Below, in pieces: positions 11,303 through 20,811 of a DNA stretch of 64,000 nt. The stretch's first letter is position 1. Each line of letters begins with the position of its first letter. Under the pieces are notes generated by a model. That model saw nothing but the letters and a program-made list of their open reading frames with translations, did not search any database and was not told where the DNA came from. A program made the position numbers and the translations under genes. Origin of the DNA: Elusimicrobia bacterium RIFCSPLOWO2_02_FULL_39_32 (lineage in GTDB: Bacteria; Elusimicrobiota; Elusimicrobia; 2-02-FULL-39-32); NCBI GenBank assembly GCA_001800135.1, contig MGUU01000024.1, forward strand, positions 31,844-95,843. Direction: 5' to 3'.

Positions 11303-12373
11303 TTACTTTTTTGCGATGTAAAGGAGGAGGATCGTGTCTAAAATCCCCCAAACAAGCCAGAGAGCAAAAATAATATCGAGCAAGATAAAGAAATTGGTGG
11401 AGAGAAATTCCCGGGCTTGGTTGTAAGATTCTTCAATGCGGTTCAGTTTAATTTCCACGGTTTTATAGAGCTCATCAATGTTAAAAACTTTTACCACATC
11501 CTTATAGATGGTTCGTAAATGCCAGTCCATGTCAATTTTAGGGATGTTCTTAGAAACATTGTAAAGAGAATCCACAATGGAGAGTTTGTCTTTGCCAAAA
11601 TCAATCGCATCTTGTGAAAAACGGAGGTAGCGGGATGGGATTTCCCAAAATTTGTAATAAGGGGGAAGCCGGTCCAATAATTTTTGCGCGCTGTCCACTT
11701 CGCTGTCTAAAACAAAATGATAGGATTTTAAGCTCCAGTATTGCGCGTAAGAAAGGGCCACTAGATCTAAGAGAGTGTCGAATTCACTGGAAGAGATCAC
11801 AGCCCCAAAACGTTTGAGCAGGATCAATTCATTTTCATAATAACCTAAGTTTGTCAAAGGATCTTTGGTAAAGACAAAATCAGAAAGCATGTCGAAATTT
11901 GGCTCCCCGGCTACAATGCCGTAGAGGGCTTTATAGTGCTGCCGGATAAAATGATCCGCATTTTTAACATGGGAAGGATGAAAAATAAAAGCAGGAAAGG
12001 TTTCTGATTCTTTTAGCCGTAAATCATAGCGGTGAATGGCAAAATTTTGAGCGCGTTCAATCAGCTCATTCACTCTTTTTTGGCACCATTCAGCGATCGC
12101 AGTTTTTCCAATAAAGAGTTTTTCAACATTGCAGGAAAGTTCCGCGCATTCATTCAGGTTAAACTCCATTTGAAAATTAATTTGTATTAATCCCACACCG
12201 AATCTATAGAGATGTGATTCCGTGTTAGCTTCTGTATAAAGTTTGGAATTAAAGGAGATGGGTGGAAGGGCGTGCGCATAGATTTCATGGGTCATGCTTT
12301 GAGCCTCTTCTCCGGCAAAATCCAGCTCTAAGCCTAAGTCAAAAGGAAAAAAAAGGACTACTTGGGTTTTCAT
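11303..12373 (-). CDS. Hypothetical protein, DUF155/RMD1- or CorA-like soluble domain with C-terminal TM
   Basis: LYRFGVG, helical region ending in a single hydrophobic segment. Confidence 0.55.
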   Translation of the reverse strand: MKTQVVLFFPFDLGLELDFAGEEAQSMTHEIYAHALPPISFNSKLYTEANTESHLYRFGVGLIQINFQMEFNLNECAELSCNVEKLFIGKTAIAEWCQKRVNELIERAQNFAIHRYDLRLKESETFPAFIFHPSHVKNADHFIRQHYKALYGIVAGEPNFDMLSDFVFTKDPLTNLGYYENELILLKRFGAVISSSEFDTLLDLVALSYAQYWSLKSYHFVLDSEVDSAQKLLDRLPPYYKFWEIPSRYLRFSQDAIDFGKDKLSIVDSLYNVSKNIPKIDMDWHLRTIYKDVVKVFNIDELYKTVEIKLNRIEESYNQAREFLSTNFFILLDIIFALWLVWGILDTILLLYIAKK

Positions 12374-12413
12374 ATGAAGGTTTTGAAGGAAATTTTAGCA
12401 GATTTTTTTAGGA

Positions 12414-12442
12414 TTGACAAAAGAGAGTTGGGGGTTTAAAAT
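12414..12442 (+). promoter_or_regulatory. Sigma70-type promoter for the AMMECR1-folK-panB operon
   Basis: TTGACA(12414-12419)-N17-TAAAAT(12437-12442). Confidence 0.6.
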
Positions 12443-12502
12443 GATACTCCACACCCACAAGGTTTGTGATATCTTTAAGAAAGGAAGTTTAATGATTAAA
12501 TC

Positions 12503-13069
12503 ATGTCTTTAAAATTAGATGAAAAACCGATCCTTTTAAAGTTCGCAAGAACAGTTCTTGAACGCTCCGTTAAAGAATCAGGTTTAAGAAATCAGGTGGA
12601 TTGGTTAAAGGAACTGGTTCCTAATTTTTCCGTGAGCGACATGAGCCCTCAATCTCTTTTTGTGACTCTTAAAAAATTTAAAGAGCTGAGAGGCTGCGTG
12701 GGAACGATTTTAACTGAACTCCCTTTATTGCAAGGGCTTGGAAAATTGACCATGCAATCCGCTTTTTTTGATCCTCGTTTTTCCCCTTTAACTTTAGAAG
12801 AACTGCCCTTTATTCAAATAGAAATTTCTTTTTTATCTCCTTTAGAAAAAATTATTAGAATTGAGGAGATCATTCCCGGGGAACATGGCGTTTATCTAAA
12901 AAATGGATTTAATGTTGGACTTTTTCTGCCGCAAGTTTGGCAGGAGCTCCCCCATCTGGAAGAATTTTTGCAAGAGCTTTGCTTCTCTAAGGCTGGGCTT
13001 TCTAAAGACGCATGGAAAGATTCCAAAACAGAACTTTTTATTTTTACAGTGGATCACTTTGCAGAATAA
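12503..13069 (+). CDS. amrA: AMMECR1-domain protein (AmmeMemoRadiSam protein A)
   Basis: FVTL..ELRGCVG, AFFDPRF, IEISFLSP, GLFLPQVW, KAGL. Confidence 0.88.
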   Translation: MSLKLDEKPILLKFARTVLERSVKESGLRNQVDWLKELVPNFSVSDMSPQSLFVTLKKFKELRGCVGTILTELPLLQGLGKLTMQSAFFDPRFSPLTLEELPFIQIEISFLSPLEKIIRIEEIIPGEHGVYLKNGFNVGLFLPQVWQELPHLEEFLQELCFSKAGLSKDAWKDSKTELFIFTVDHFAE

Positions 13070-13556
13070 AATTTTTTTAAGTCTTGGTTCTAATATTGGC
13101 GCAAGAATCAGAAATTTACAAACAGCAATAAAGTTTCTTAAAGCAAACCCAAAAATTCAAGTGGGCAAGCTCTCATCTATCTATGAAACTTCCTCTGTAG
13201 GCCCTAAACAAAGAGATTTTTTAAACTGCGTTTTAGAATTACAAACAGTTTTATCCCCTGAGCAGCTTCTTTTTCAATTAAAAGAGATTGAAAAAAAAAT
13301 GGGAAGAAAAAAGACAATTCAAGATGGGCCGAGACAAATTGATTTAGATTTAATTTTGTATGGAGGGAAAAGGCTTCAATCTCCTTTGTTGACTTTGCCT
13401 CATCCTAGATTTCATAAAAGGAAGTTTGTTTTAAAACCATTACTTGAGATTGCGCCTAACTTAAAACCAATGGGTTTTAAGAAGACAATTTTACAGCTTT
13501 ATCGTCGTTTGACAGACCCAAGTCAAAAAGTTAAACTACATCGAAAACAGATATGA
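13059..13556 (+). CDS. folK: 2-amino-4-hydroxy-6-hydroxymethyldihydropteridine diphosphokinase
   Basis: LSLGSNIG, SSIYET, GPRQIDLDLI, LPHPR; TTG 13059 is the probable start. Confidence 0.92.
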   Translation: MQNKIFLSLGSNIGARIRNLQTAIKFLKANPKIQVGKLSSIYETSSVGPKQRDFLNCVLELQTVLSPEQLLFQLKEIEKKMGRKKTIQDGPRQIDLDLILYGGKRLQSPLLTLPHPRFHKRKFVLKPLLEIAPNLKPMGFKKTILQLYRRLTDPSQKVKLHRKQI

Positions 13557-14353
13557 AAATTAAAAAAATTACTACAGCCGCGCTTTTAGATATGAAAAAA
13601 AATGGGGAAAAGATCACTGCCCTTACAGCTTATGACGCGGCCATGGCAAAAATTTTGAACGCATCTCAAATTGAAATTGTATTGGTTGGGGATTCTGTGG
13701 GCAATGTAAAGTTAGGTTATGAAAATACAATCCCAGTCACTTTGGAAGAGATGCTGCACCACACCAAAGCGGTTAAAAGAGGAAATAGTTTTAGTTTGCT
13801 GGTGACAGACATGCCTTACCTAACTTATCAGCTTTCCATAGAGCAAGCAAAAGTAAATGCCGGCAGGTTAATTAAAGAAGGCGGGGCAGAAGCGGTTAAA
13901 CTTGAAGGTGGTTTGGAAGTGGCTAACACCATTAAAGCGCTTGTGGAAATTCATATTCCAGTGATGGGACATTTAGGTTTAACTCCCCAGTCAATCCATC
14001 AAATTGGGGGATATAAAATCCAGGGAACGACTCAAGAATCTAAAGAAAAAATGGTTCGAGACGCAAAAATTTTAGAAGGCGCAGGAGTTTTTGCCATTGT
14101 TTTAGAGGCGATTCCAGAGGATCTGGCTCAAGAAATTACTAAAAAAATTTCAGTGCCTACCATTGGCATAGGCGCTGGTTCTGGTTGTGATGGTCAAATT
14201 TTAGTGAGCGATGATCTTTTAGGGCTTACAGAAGGACATGTGCCAAAGTTCGTCAAACAATATGCGGATTTAAAAGTAGAAATTTATAAAGCGGTGCGGG
14301 CGTTTAAAAACGAGGTTAAAACCAAACGGTATCCTTGTTCTTCTCGCCCATAA
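13553..14353 (+). CDS. panB: 3-methyl-2-oxobutanoate hydroxymethyltransferase
   Basis: LTAYD, LVGDS, VKLEGG, GHLGLTPQS, IGIGAG..CDGQILV. Confidence 0.96.
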   Translation: MKIKKITTAALLDMKKNGEKITALTAYDAAMAKILNASQIEIVLVGDSVGNVKLGYENTIPVTLEEMLHHTKAVKRGNSFSLLVTDMPYLTYQLSIEQAKVNAGRLIKEGGAEAVKLEGGLEVANTIKALVEIHIPVMGHLGLTPQSIHQIGGYKIQGTTQESKEKMVRDAKILEGAGVFAIVLEAIPEDLAQEITKKISVPTIGIGAGSGCDGQILVSDDLLGLTEGHVPKFVKQYADLKVEIYKAVRAFKNEVKTKRYPCSSRP

Positions 14354-14379
14354 AACAGTTTTTAACTCGAGAGGTTCCA

Positions 14380-15249
14380 ATGTTTCTGGCCATACTTATT
14401 TTAATTTTTACTCTCATCTTTTTTTTGGGGTACCTTTCTTCCAGCATCGTGTTAAAAGTTCCAAGAGCGGCCAATGAGTTTAATCCTAAATCTTTTGGTT
14501 ATGATTATGAATCTTTTGCAACTTTCAGTGAAGACCAGATCAAAATAGAAGGATGGTTTGTCCAAGCAAAAGAGAAAAGCTCTACGCTGCTTTTTGTGCT
14601 GCATGGATGGGGAGCTAATCGAAGCGATGTGCTGGCAACAACTATTTTTTTAGCTAAAAAATATAATCTTGTTTATTTTGACTTTAGAAACCATGGAAGT
14701 TCTGGAGGAGATAAAACTTCTTTAACCTGTTTGGAAATTAAAGATTTTAAAGCAGTAGTTAATTTTATAGAAAAAGAAAAGAAAGAGTTTGTTCAGAAGT
14801 CTGGTGTCTTTGGTTTTTCCATGGGCGGTTCTGTGGCGATTAGCGCTGGAGCAGAGCTGCCTCAGCTGCAAGCGATTGTTGCAGAAAGCCCTTTTGCTTC
14901 TTACGAGGAAACAGTCTATCGTTTTGCTAAACTTTTTTATGGGGCTCCGCGGTTTGTGGTTCCTATCACACTTTATTTTATTCAAGCTCGTTTAGGATTT
15001 AATCCAGAGAAATGCTCTCCGATTCATTTTGTTTCTAAAATTGCGCCCAGAGCTTTATTGATTATTCAAGGCGGAAATGATTTGCGTATGCCGGTAAAAG
15101 AAGGACAGGCTTTGTATGATAGAGCAAGAGAGCCTAAGGAGCTTTGGATTGTTCCAGAAACAGATCATGGCGCTATTTTTGAAAAAAATCCAGAAGAATA
15201 CCAAAAAAAAATATTAGATTTCTTTGACAAAGCGTTTAAAATTCTTTAA
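14380..15249 (+). CDS. Membrane-anchored alpha/beta hydrolase
   Basis: HGWG, DFRNHG, GFSMGG nucleophile elbow, D and H triad residues; ATG 14380 with GAGG RBS. Confidence 0.88.
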   Translation: MFLAILILIFTLIFFLGYLSSSIVLKVPRAANEFNPKSFGYDYESFATFSEDQIKIEGWFVQAKEKSSTLLFVLHGWGANRSDVLATTIFLAKKYNLVYFDFRNHGSSGGDKTSLTCLEIKDFKAVVNFIEKEKKEFVQKSGVFGFSMGGSVAISAGAELPQLQAIVAESPFASYEETVYRFAKLFYGAPRFVVPITLYFIQARLGFNPEKCSPIHFVSKIAPRALLIIQGGNDLRMPVKEGQALYDRAREPKELWIVPETDHGAIFEKNPEEYQKKILDFFDKAFKIL

Positions 15250-15904
15250 ATAGGTCCGGGTTTAAGTCAGGATTAATTTCCAGATTTTTCCATTCGTAGG
15301 ATTCAATCAGTTTTCCATTTTCTTCAAACAGTTCAATTTTTCTTATCAGATGATTTTGATCCATGGTAACACTGCGTTTAAATATCTTTCCATTTTCTAA
15401 ATGTTCAAAAGAGATCTTTTTTAAGCCTTCGATATCAGTTGGAGAAATAAGAAGAGAGTCCCTGCTGTCTTTATTGATTCTTTTTTGCAGGAGTTGGCAG
15501 ATTGTTTCTGCTCGGTGGATTAGCCCCGAGCGATCCACTGTTCCTCCTGAATCAGAAGAGACTTTTTTATCATTTAAAGCATAGTTTAGGACAAAGAATT
15601 TAAGTTTTGGGAAAGGTCTTACTTTTACAAGATTTGAGATCCCTGGATTATAAATCAAAACAGCGCCTTTTTTAGGCTTTTCTATGTCCATGCGGATTTT
15701 ATTGGGAGAAAGATAGGAATAGCGCATGAGAGTCTCTGTTTGTTTGCCTTCATAATAAGTTTTGGCTTGGTAGGTGCATTGATAGGATCGTACTTCTTTA
15801 TAGCGGCTCATGAGAGATTCACAGAGATCGTTGAGATCATTGGAAAAAGAAGGAGAAGAAAAAATAAAGAAAATAGAACTGATCCAGCCTATTTTCTTCA
15901 CCAT
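15236..15904 (-). CDS. LolA-like exported lipoprotein-sorting protein
   Basis: Signal peptide; PNKIRMD; C-terminal NLEINPDLNPDLF is LolA-like. Confidence 0.65.
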   Translation of the reverse strand: MVKKIGWISSIFFIFSSPSFSNDLNDLCESLMSRYKEVRSYQCTYQAKTYYEGKQTETLMRYSYLSPNKIRMDIEKPKKGAVLIYNPGISNLVKVRPFPKLKFFVLNYALNDKKVSSDSGGTVDRSGLIHRAETICQLLQKRINKDSRDSLLISPTDIEGLKKISFEHLENGKIFKRSVTMDQNHLIRKIELFEENGKLIESYEWKNLEINPDLNPDLFKEF

Positions 15905-16630
15905 CTATTTTTTAATGTGGATGTGTAAGCCGCACTCTTTTTGATCTGGATTTTCCCACCACCATCTTCCTGCTCTTAAATCTTCCCCGGCTTTTATGGC
16001 GCGTGTGCAGGGGGAACAGCCAATGGATGTATATCCTAAGTCATATAGCTTATTGTAAGGGACTTTATTTTTTTTAATGTAGTCCCACACCTGCTCATTA
16101 GACCAATCTATTAAAGGGTTAAATTTAACAATACCTTTGCGCGGTTCGTCTAACTCCACTTTGGGTGTATTTGCGCGGGTGACTGCCTGAACCCTGCGTA
16201 AGCCTGTAATCCAGCTATCCAGTTGGCTTAAGATCCTATTGAGAGGAACTACTTTTCTAATGTTACAGCATTCCAGACGATTTTCAATGCTCTGACGAAA
16301 AGAGTAGAGCCCTTTTTCTTTTTCCAGTTTTTCCACAGCTTCTCTATCTGGGAATTGAGATTCTATGGGTACCCCATATTTTTCTCGAATCCGTTCCATG
16401 ATCTCATAGGTTTCTTCATTCAGCCTGCCGGTATCCAGGGTGAAAATTCTAAAATTTTTGTGATTAATTTTATAAAGCATGTCAATCAAAACAGAATCCT
16501 CGCATTGAAAGCTGGATGCCAGGGCTATTTTAGGAGAAAAATTTTCTAAAGCCCATTTTAAGAGCTCTTCAGCAGTTTTGGATTCCAATTCTTTGGTTAT
16601 TTTTGTAATTTCTTCCAGCGGTATTTTCAA
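15905..16630 (-). CDS. cysH: Adenylylsulfate (APS/PAPS) reductase, 4Fe-4S type
   Basis: LDTGRL, CCNIRKV, SIGCSPCT, ECGLH. Confidence 0.93.
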   Translation of the reverse strand: MKIPLEEITKITKELESKTAEELLKWALENFSPKIALASSFQCEDSVLIDMLYKINHKNFRIFTLDTGRLNEETYEIMERIREKYGVPIESQFPDREAVEKLEKEKGLYSFRQSIENRLECCNIRKVVPLNRILSQLDSWITGLRRVQAVTRANTPKVELDEPRKGIVKFNPLIDWSNEQVWDYIKKNKVPYNKLYDLGYTSIGCSPCTRAIKAGEDLRAGRWWWENPDQKECGLHIHIKK

Positions 16631-16814
16631 TTTTTTATTCCTCTTTAGATATAAAAAGTATGGTTTTCAATGGAGATGCTTTTATGCAATATTCGATTTA
16701 ATGAATTTTACAAAAAAAGAGTAAAATGTTAAAGTTATATCCTCAATAAAAATTTCTATTGTTTTTATATTTTTTCAGAAAAAATAGGGTTCATTCTCGA
16801 ATTAAAAATATATT

Positions 16815-17411
16815 ATGAAAGTGAAAATTGCTGTTTTAGCTTCAGGCAATGGCTCTAACTTGCAGGCGATTATTGATGCCACTTCTTCAGAAGTTCTCAA
16901 GTTGGCAGAAGTAGTTCTTGTGATCGCAAATAAGAAAGAAGCTTTTGCTTTAGAAAGAGCTAAAAGAGCAGGGATTGAAGCTCTTTTTTTAGATCCTCTT
17001 TCTTTTTCCACACGTTTCTCTTATTTTGAAAAAATAACAGACGAACTGGAGAATAGAAAGGTGGATTTAGTTTGTCTTGCAGGTTTTCTTTTAAAGTTAG
17101 AAGGTCCCATCCTAAAAAGATTTTCTAAACGACTTTTGAATATTCATCCTGCGCTTTTGCCAAAATTTGGCGGGAAAGGAATGTATGGCCATCATGTGCA
17201 TGAAGCGGTTTTAAAAGCAGGAGAAAAAGAGTCTGGATGCAGCGTGCATGTAGTGGATCAAGATTTTGATCATGGCCCAATCCTTTTACAAAGAAAGGTT
17301 CTAGTTTTACCCGAGGATACTCCGCAAACTTTAGCGGATAGGATTTTGAAAGAGGAACACCTGCTTTATCCAGAAGCGATCCATCTTTACATACAAAAGT
17401 ATCTCAAGTAA
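16815..17411 (+). CDS. purN: Phosphoribosylglycinamide formyltransferase
   Basis: SGNGSNLQA, NIHPALLP, GCSVHVV..DHGPI. Confidence 0.96.
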   Translation: MKVKIAVLASGNGSNLQAIIDATSSEVLKLAEVVLVIANKKEAFALERAKRAGIEALFLDPLSFSTRFSYFEKITDELENRKVDLVCLAGFLLKLEGPILKRFSKRLLNIHPALLPKFGGKGMYGHHVHEAVLKAGEKESGCSVHVVDQDFDHGPILLQRKVLVLPEDTPQTLADRILKEEHLLYPEAIHLYIQKYLK

Positions 17412-17472
17412 GTTTGAATCTCATATTAAATTATTTGTTGGCATCAAAAAAAAAGTTTTTTAAGGAGAGTTC

Positions 17473-17904
17473 TCACCAGGTATAAAAAGGAATATTTTCT
17501 CTATCCGTATGCGTGCAATTCACAGTCACCTCTCCTGATTGAGAAGAGTATATCCATCCCCCAACATCAGTCACATCTGTGCTGGCTACAGTGCTGGTAT
17601 AGACAGTTAGTTCACTAGCAGAATCATTATGATATTTTCCTAATTTAGCGGTAGGAACTACATCTATATATTGGGTTGTTAAAGATATTAAGTTTTGAGC
17701 ATAGACTCCAAATTCACTTGCAGAATACATGGAAGAACCAGACCTTAAAGCGCTTAAAGAGCCTTTGGTAGCGCCTTCTTTAGAGCGGCGAAAGAGTTCA
17801 GCGAATTTTGGGGTTACAACAACCACTAGAATAGCCAGAATAGTAACAGTTAACATTAGTTCTACTAGAGTAAACCCTTTTTTTTGAAGGAATGGGGAGC
17901 GCAT
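17473..17904 (-). CDS. Type IV pilin / T2SS pseudopilin
   Basis: KKG|FTLVELM prepilin cleavage site followed by a hydrophobic helix. Confidence 0.88.
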   Translation of the reverse strand: MRSPFLQKKGFTLVELMLTVTILAILVVVVTPKFAELFRRSKEGATKGSLSALRSGSSMYSASEFGVYAQNLISLTTQYIDVVPTAKLGKYHNDSASELTVYTSTVASTDVTDVGGWIYSSQSGEVTVNCTHTDRENIPFYTW

Positions 17905-18185
17905 AAGAATAATCAATGTTACTAATTTTGTAAGTTAAGACTCAAGCAACGCAATTGATTAATTTTTAATGATTTGTTAAGATCAAAATCTCATGAAAAC
18001 TGAAAAATTTTGTATCTCTAATCTTAAAAAAGAGTATCATTTCACCCTTGCCCTGTAGGGTTATAAAAACTGATTATTTTTCCACTTTTGTTTCGAAAAA
18101 ATGTCTATTTTTTCGTCTTGCCTGTCCATGAGACTATCCTTGGAGCGAAGTCGAGGAGTTCTTATTTTTTAATTCAGTATTCGAG

Positions 18186-19226
18186 TTGAATTGGAGATTT
18201 TTTTTGAATCGTTTAAAGATAGTTTTTTTCATTTATTCTTTACTTCTATTTTGCGCTTGCAAGAAAGAGTCTCATTCTTTGAAAGTGCGTTTAGGTTATT
18301 TTCCGAATATCACGCATGCTCAGGCTTTAGTTGGAGTCTCTCAAAATATTTTTCAAAAACATTTAGGCCAAGTCCTTTTAGAAACAAAAGTTTTCAATGC
18401 CGGACCTCAAGCCATAGAAGCTCTTTTTGCCGGGGCATTGGATGTGGTTTATGTGGGACCTAATCCAGCTATCAATGCTTATGTAAAGTCCAATGGAGCT
18501 TTTAAAATTATCTCTGGCTCTTGTCTGGGAGGAGCCTCTTTGGTGGTTAGAAACGATGCTGGAATTGCTGGCGCGGGAGATTTTAATGGAAAGCGGATCG
18601 CCACGCCTCAAGCGGGAAACACTCAGGATATTGCGGCAAGGATTTGGTTAAGAAACAATCGTCTTAAATTGAGAGAAAAAGGAGGCACAGTCCATCTTTT
18701 ACCCATAGCAAATTCTGATCAGCTCACATTATTTTTAAAAAAAGAGCTGGATGCTGCATGGACCGTTGCTCCATGGACGCATCGTCTCATTCAGGAAGCT
18801 AATGGTAAAATTTTTATGAAGGAAGAAAATTTATGGAAAGATTTAACCGGGGGGCAGTATGCCACTGTTGTTATCTTAGCGAGCGATCAATTTGTAAAGG
18901 CGCATCCGAAAATCATTAAAAATCTCTTGCAAGCGCATATGGAAACAACTGACTTTTTAAAATCTAATTCCAAAGAGGCAAAGGAACTAGTAAATCAAGA
19001 ACTTAAAAAGCTTACAGGTAAATCTTTGGCGCCCGAAGTTTTTGAAAACTCTTTTAAGGAAATTGAGTTTACTTTGGATCCTTTAAAAGTTTCAATCCAG
19101 AAGCAAGCTCAGTGGTCGTTTCAGGAAGGGTTTTTAGGAAAGAAAGAGCCGGAGCTCTCCACCCTTTTTGATCTTTCTATTTTAAATGAATGTTTAAAAG
19201 AAAAGGGAAAAGGTTTGGTGAATTAA
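18186..19226 (+). CDS. ABC substrate-binding lipoprotein, SsuA/TauA (sulfonate/nitrate) family
   Basis: Lipobox-like Cys; RLGYFPNITHA, FNAGP, ATPQAGNTQD. Confidence 0.85.
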   Translation: MNWRFFLNRLKIVFFIYSLLLFCACKKESHSLKVRLGYFPNITHAQALVGVSQNIFQKHLGQVLLETKVFNAGPQAIEALFAGALDVVYVGPNPAINAYVKSNGAFKIISGSCLGGASLVVRNDAGIAGAGDFNGKRIATPQAGNTQDIAARIWLRNNRLKLREKGGTVHLLPIANSDQLTLFLKKELDAAWTVAPWTHRLIQEANGKIFMKEENLWKDLTGGQYATVVILASDQFVKAHPKIIKNLLQAHMETTDFLKSNSKEAKELVNQELKKLTGKSLAPEVFENSFKEIEFTLDPLKVSIQKQAQWSFQEGFLGKKEPELSTLFDLSILNECLKEKGKGLVN

Positions 19227-20044
19227 TGTTTAAAAAGAAATCCAAACATTATTTGGAAACATCCGCGTCAGAACTTATTGTAAGAAATGTGACTAAAACA
19301 TTTCCCACCCGCACAGGGAACACCAATGCTTTAAAGAATGTTAGTTTTGACGTGCGGGAAGGGGAATTCGTCTGCTTGGTTGGCCCCTCTGGCTGCGGTA
19401 AATCCACATTGCTTAATTTGATTGCTGGATTGGAAAAACCAGATAGCGGTGAGATTCTTTTAGATGGGAAAGAGGTGATTGTCCCAGGACCAGACCGGGT
19501 TGTGATTTTTCAGGAAGGAGCGCTTTTCCCTTGGATGAGTGTTTTGGAAAACGTAGAGTACGGTCTTAAGATACGCGGGGTAGGCGCTAAAGAACGACAG
19601 GAGATCGCTTTAGAGTTTTTAAGTTTAGTGCATTTAGATAAATTTGCGCATTCTTTTATTCATGAGCTTTCTGGCGGGATGAGGCAGAGGGTGGCTATTG
19701 CCCGCGGGTTAGTGCTTGAACCAAGAATTTTATTAATGGATGAACCTTTTGCGGCTTTAGACACTCAAACCCGGGATCTTTTAGTGGAAGAGCTAAGAGG
19801 CATTTGGAGCGAATTAGAAAATACGGTTTTTTTTGTGACTCATAATGTGAGAGAGGCGGTCTATCTTGGGGATCGGGTGATCTTGCTTTCTTTTCGACCT
19901 GGGAAAGTAAAGAATATTTTTCCTATTCCAGTCACGCGTCCCAGAGATCCGGACGATCCAAAGTTAGAGCAAATTGTGCGCTCTATAGTGGAAGAACTGC
20001 ACGATGAAGTGGAAAAATCAGTTTCCGAAGAGCTAAAGGAATAG
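19226..20044 (+). CDS. ABC ATP-binding protein, SsuB/TauB family
   Basis: GPSGCGKST, LSGGMRQR, LMDEPFAALD; TAATG coupling at 19224-19228. Confidence 0.9.
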   Translation: MFKKKSKHYLETSASELIVRNVTKTFPTRTGNTNALKNVSFDVREGEFVCLVGPSGCGKSTLLNLIAGLEKPDSGEILLDGKEVIVPGPDRVVIFQEGALFPWMSVLENVEYGLKIRGVGAKERQEIALEFLSLVHLDKFAHSFIHELSGGMRQRVAIARGLVLEPRILLMDEPFAALDTQTRDLLVEELRGIWSELENTVFFVTHNVREAVYLGDRVILLSFRPGKVKNIFPIPVTRPRDPDDPKLEQIVRSIVEELHDEVEKSVSEELKE

Positions 20045-20049
20045 AGCCC

Positions 20050-20811
20050 ATGCGTAAATTTTTTTTACAGATTATATTTTATACCGGTTTAATTTTACTT
20101 TGGCAAGGAGTAGTCAGTTTAAAGATTTGGCCCGAATATCTTTTCCCTTCGCCATTAAAAGTTTTGCAAGCCATGGTTCAGGGTTTCAGTGATGCCAGTT
20201 TTTTTCTAGCTGTGGAGATGAGCATGAAAAGAATCCTTTTAGGTTATGGGCTTTCTATTCTGGGAGGCTTGATCCTTGGATTTTTATTAAGTCAAATTCG
20301 TTTGTTGGAAGAAACCTTGGGCTCTTTAGTTTTAGGATTTCATACTTTACCCAGCATCTGTTGGCTGCCATTGGGAATTTTATGGTTTGGTTTGTCGGAT
20401 GGGGCAATTTTGATAGTGATTCTTTTTGGTTCTCTTTTTTCTCTTACCCTAGCCACCACAGACGCAATCAAAAATATTTCACCTATTTACATTCGGGCTG
20501 CAAAAACCATGGGTTCTAAAGGCTGGCATCTTTATTGGGATGTGGTTTTGCCTGCGGCTTTGCCCACGATTGTCACAGGTCTTAAACAGGGGTGGTCTTT
20601 TGCCTGGAGATCTTTAATGGCAGGGGAACTTTTATTTGTTAGTTTAGGGTTGGGTCACCTTTTACAGATGGGACGAGAACTAAATGATGCGGCTCAAATG
20701 TTTGCAGTGATGATTTTAATTGTTTTAATTGGCGTGGTTGTGGATTTTTGGATTTTTGGTAAAATTGAAAAAAAGGTGCGGCTGCGCTGGGGGTTACTTG
20801 AAAAAAGATAA
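20050..20811 (+). CDS. ABC permease, SsuC/TauC family
   Basis: FPSP, RAAKTMG EAA loop, AWRSLMAGE. Confidence 0.9.
   Translation: MRKFFLQIIFYTGLILLWQGVVSLKIWPEYLFPSPLKVLQAMVQGFSDASFFLAVEMSMKRILLGYGLSILGGLILGFLLSQIRLLEETLGSLVLGFHTLPSICWLPLGILWFGLSDGAILIVILFGSLFSLTLATTDAIKNISPIYIRAAKTMGSKGWHLYWDVVLPAALPTIVTGLKQGWSFAWRSLMAGELLFVSLGLGHLLQMGRELNDAAQMFAVMILIVLIGVVVDFWIFGKIEKKVRLRWGLLEKR

Noticed and set aside
16631-18185. Riboswitch or operator upstream of cysH and the sulfonate-type ABC
   Set aside because: No SAM-I core recognisable; AAAAGTAT-N14-ATGCTTTT is weak in AT-rich DNA; GAGCGAAGTCGAGG near 18142 is a single REP-like fragment
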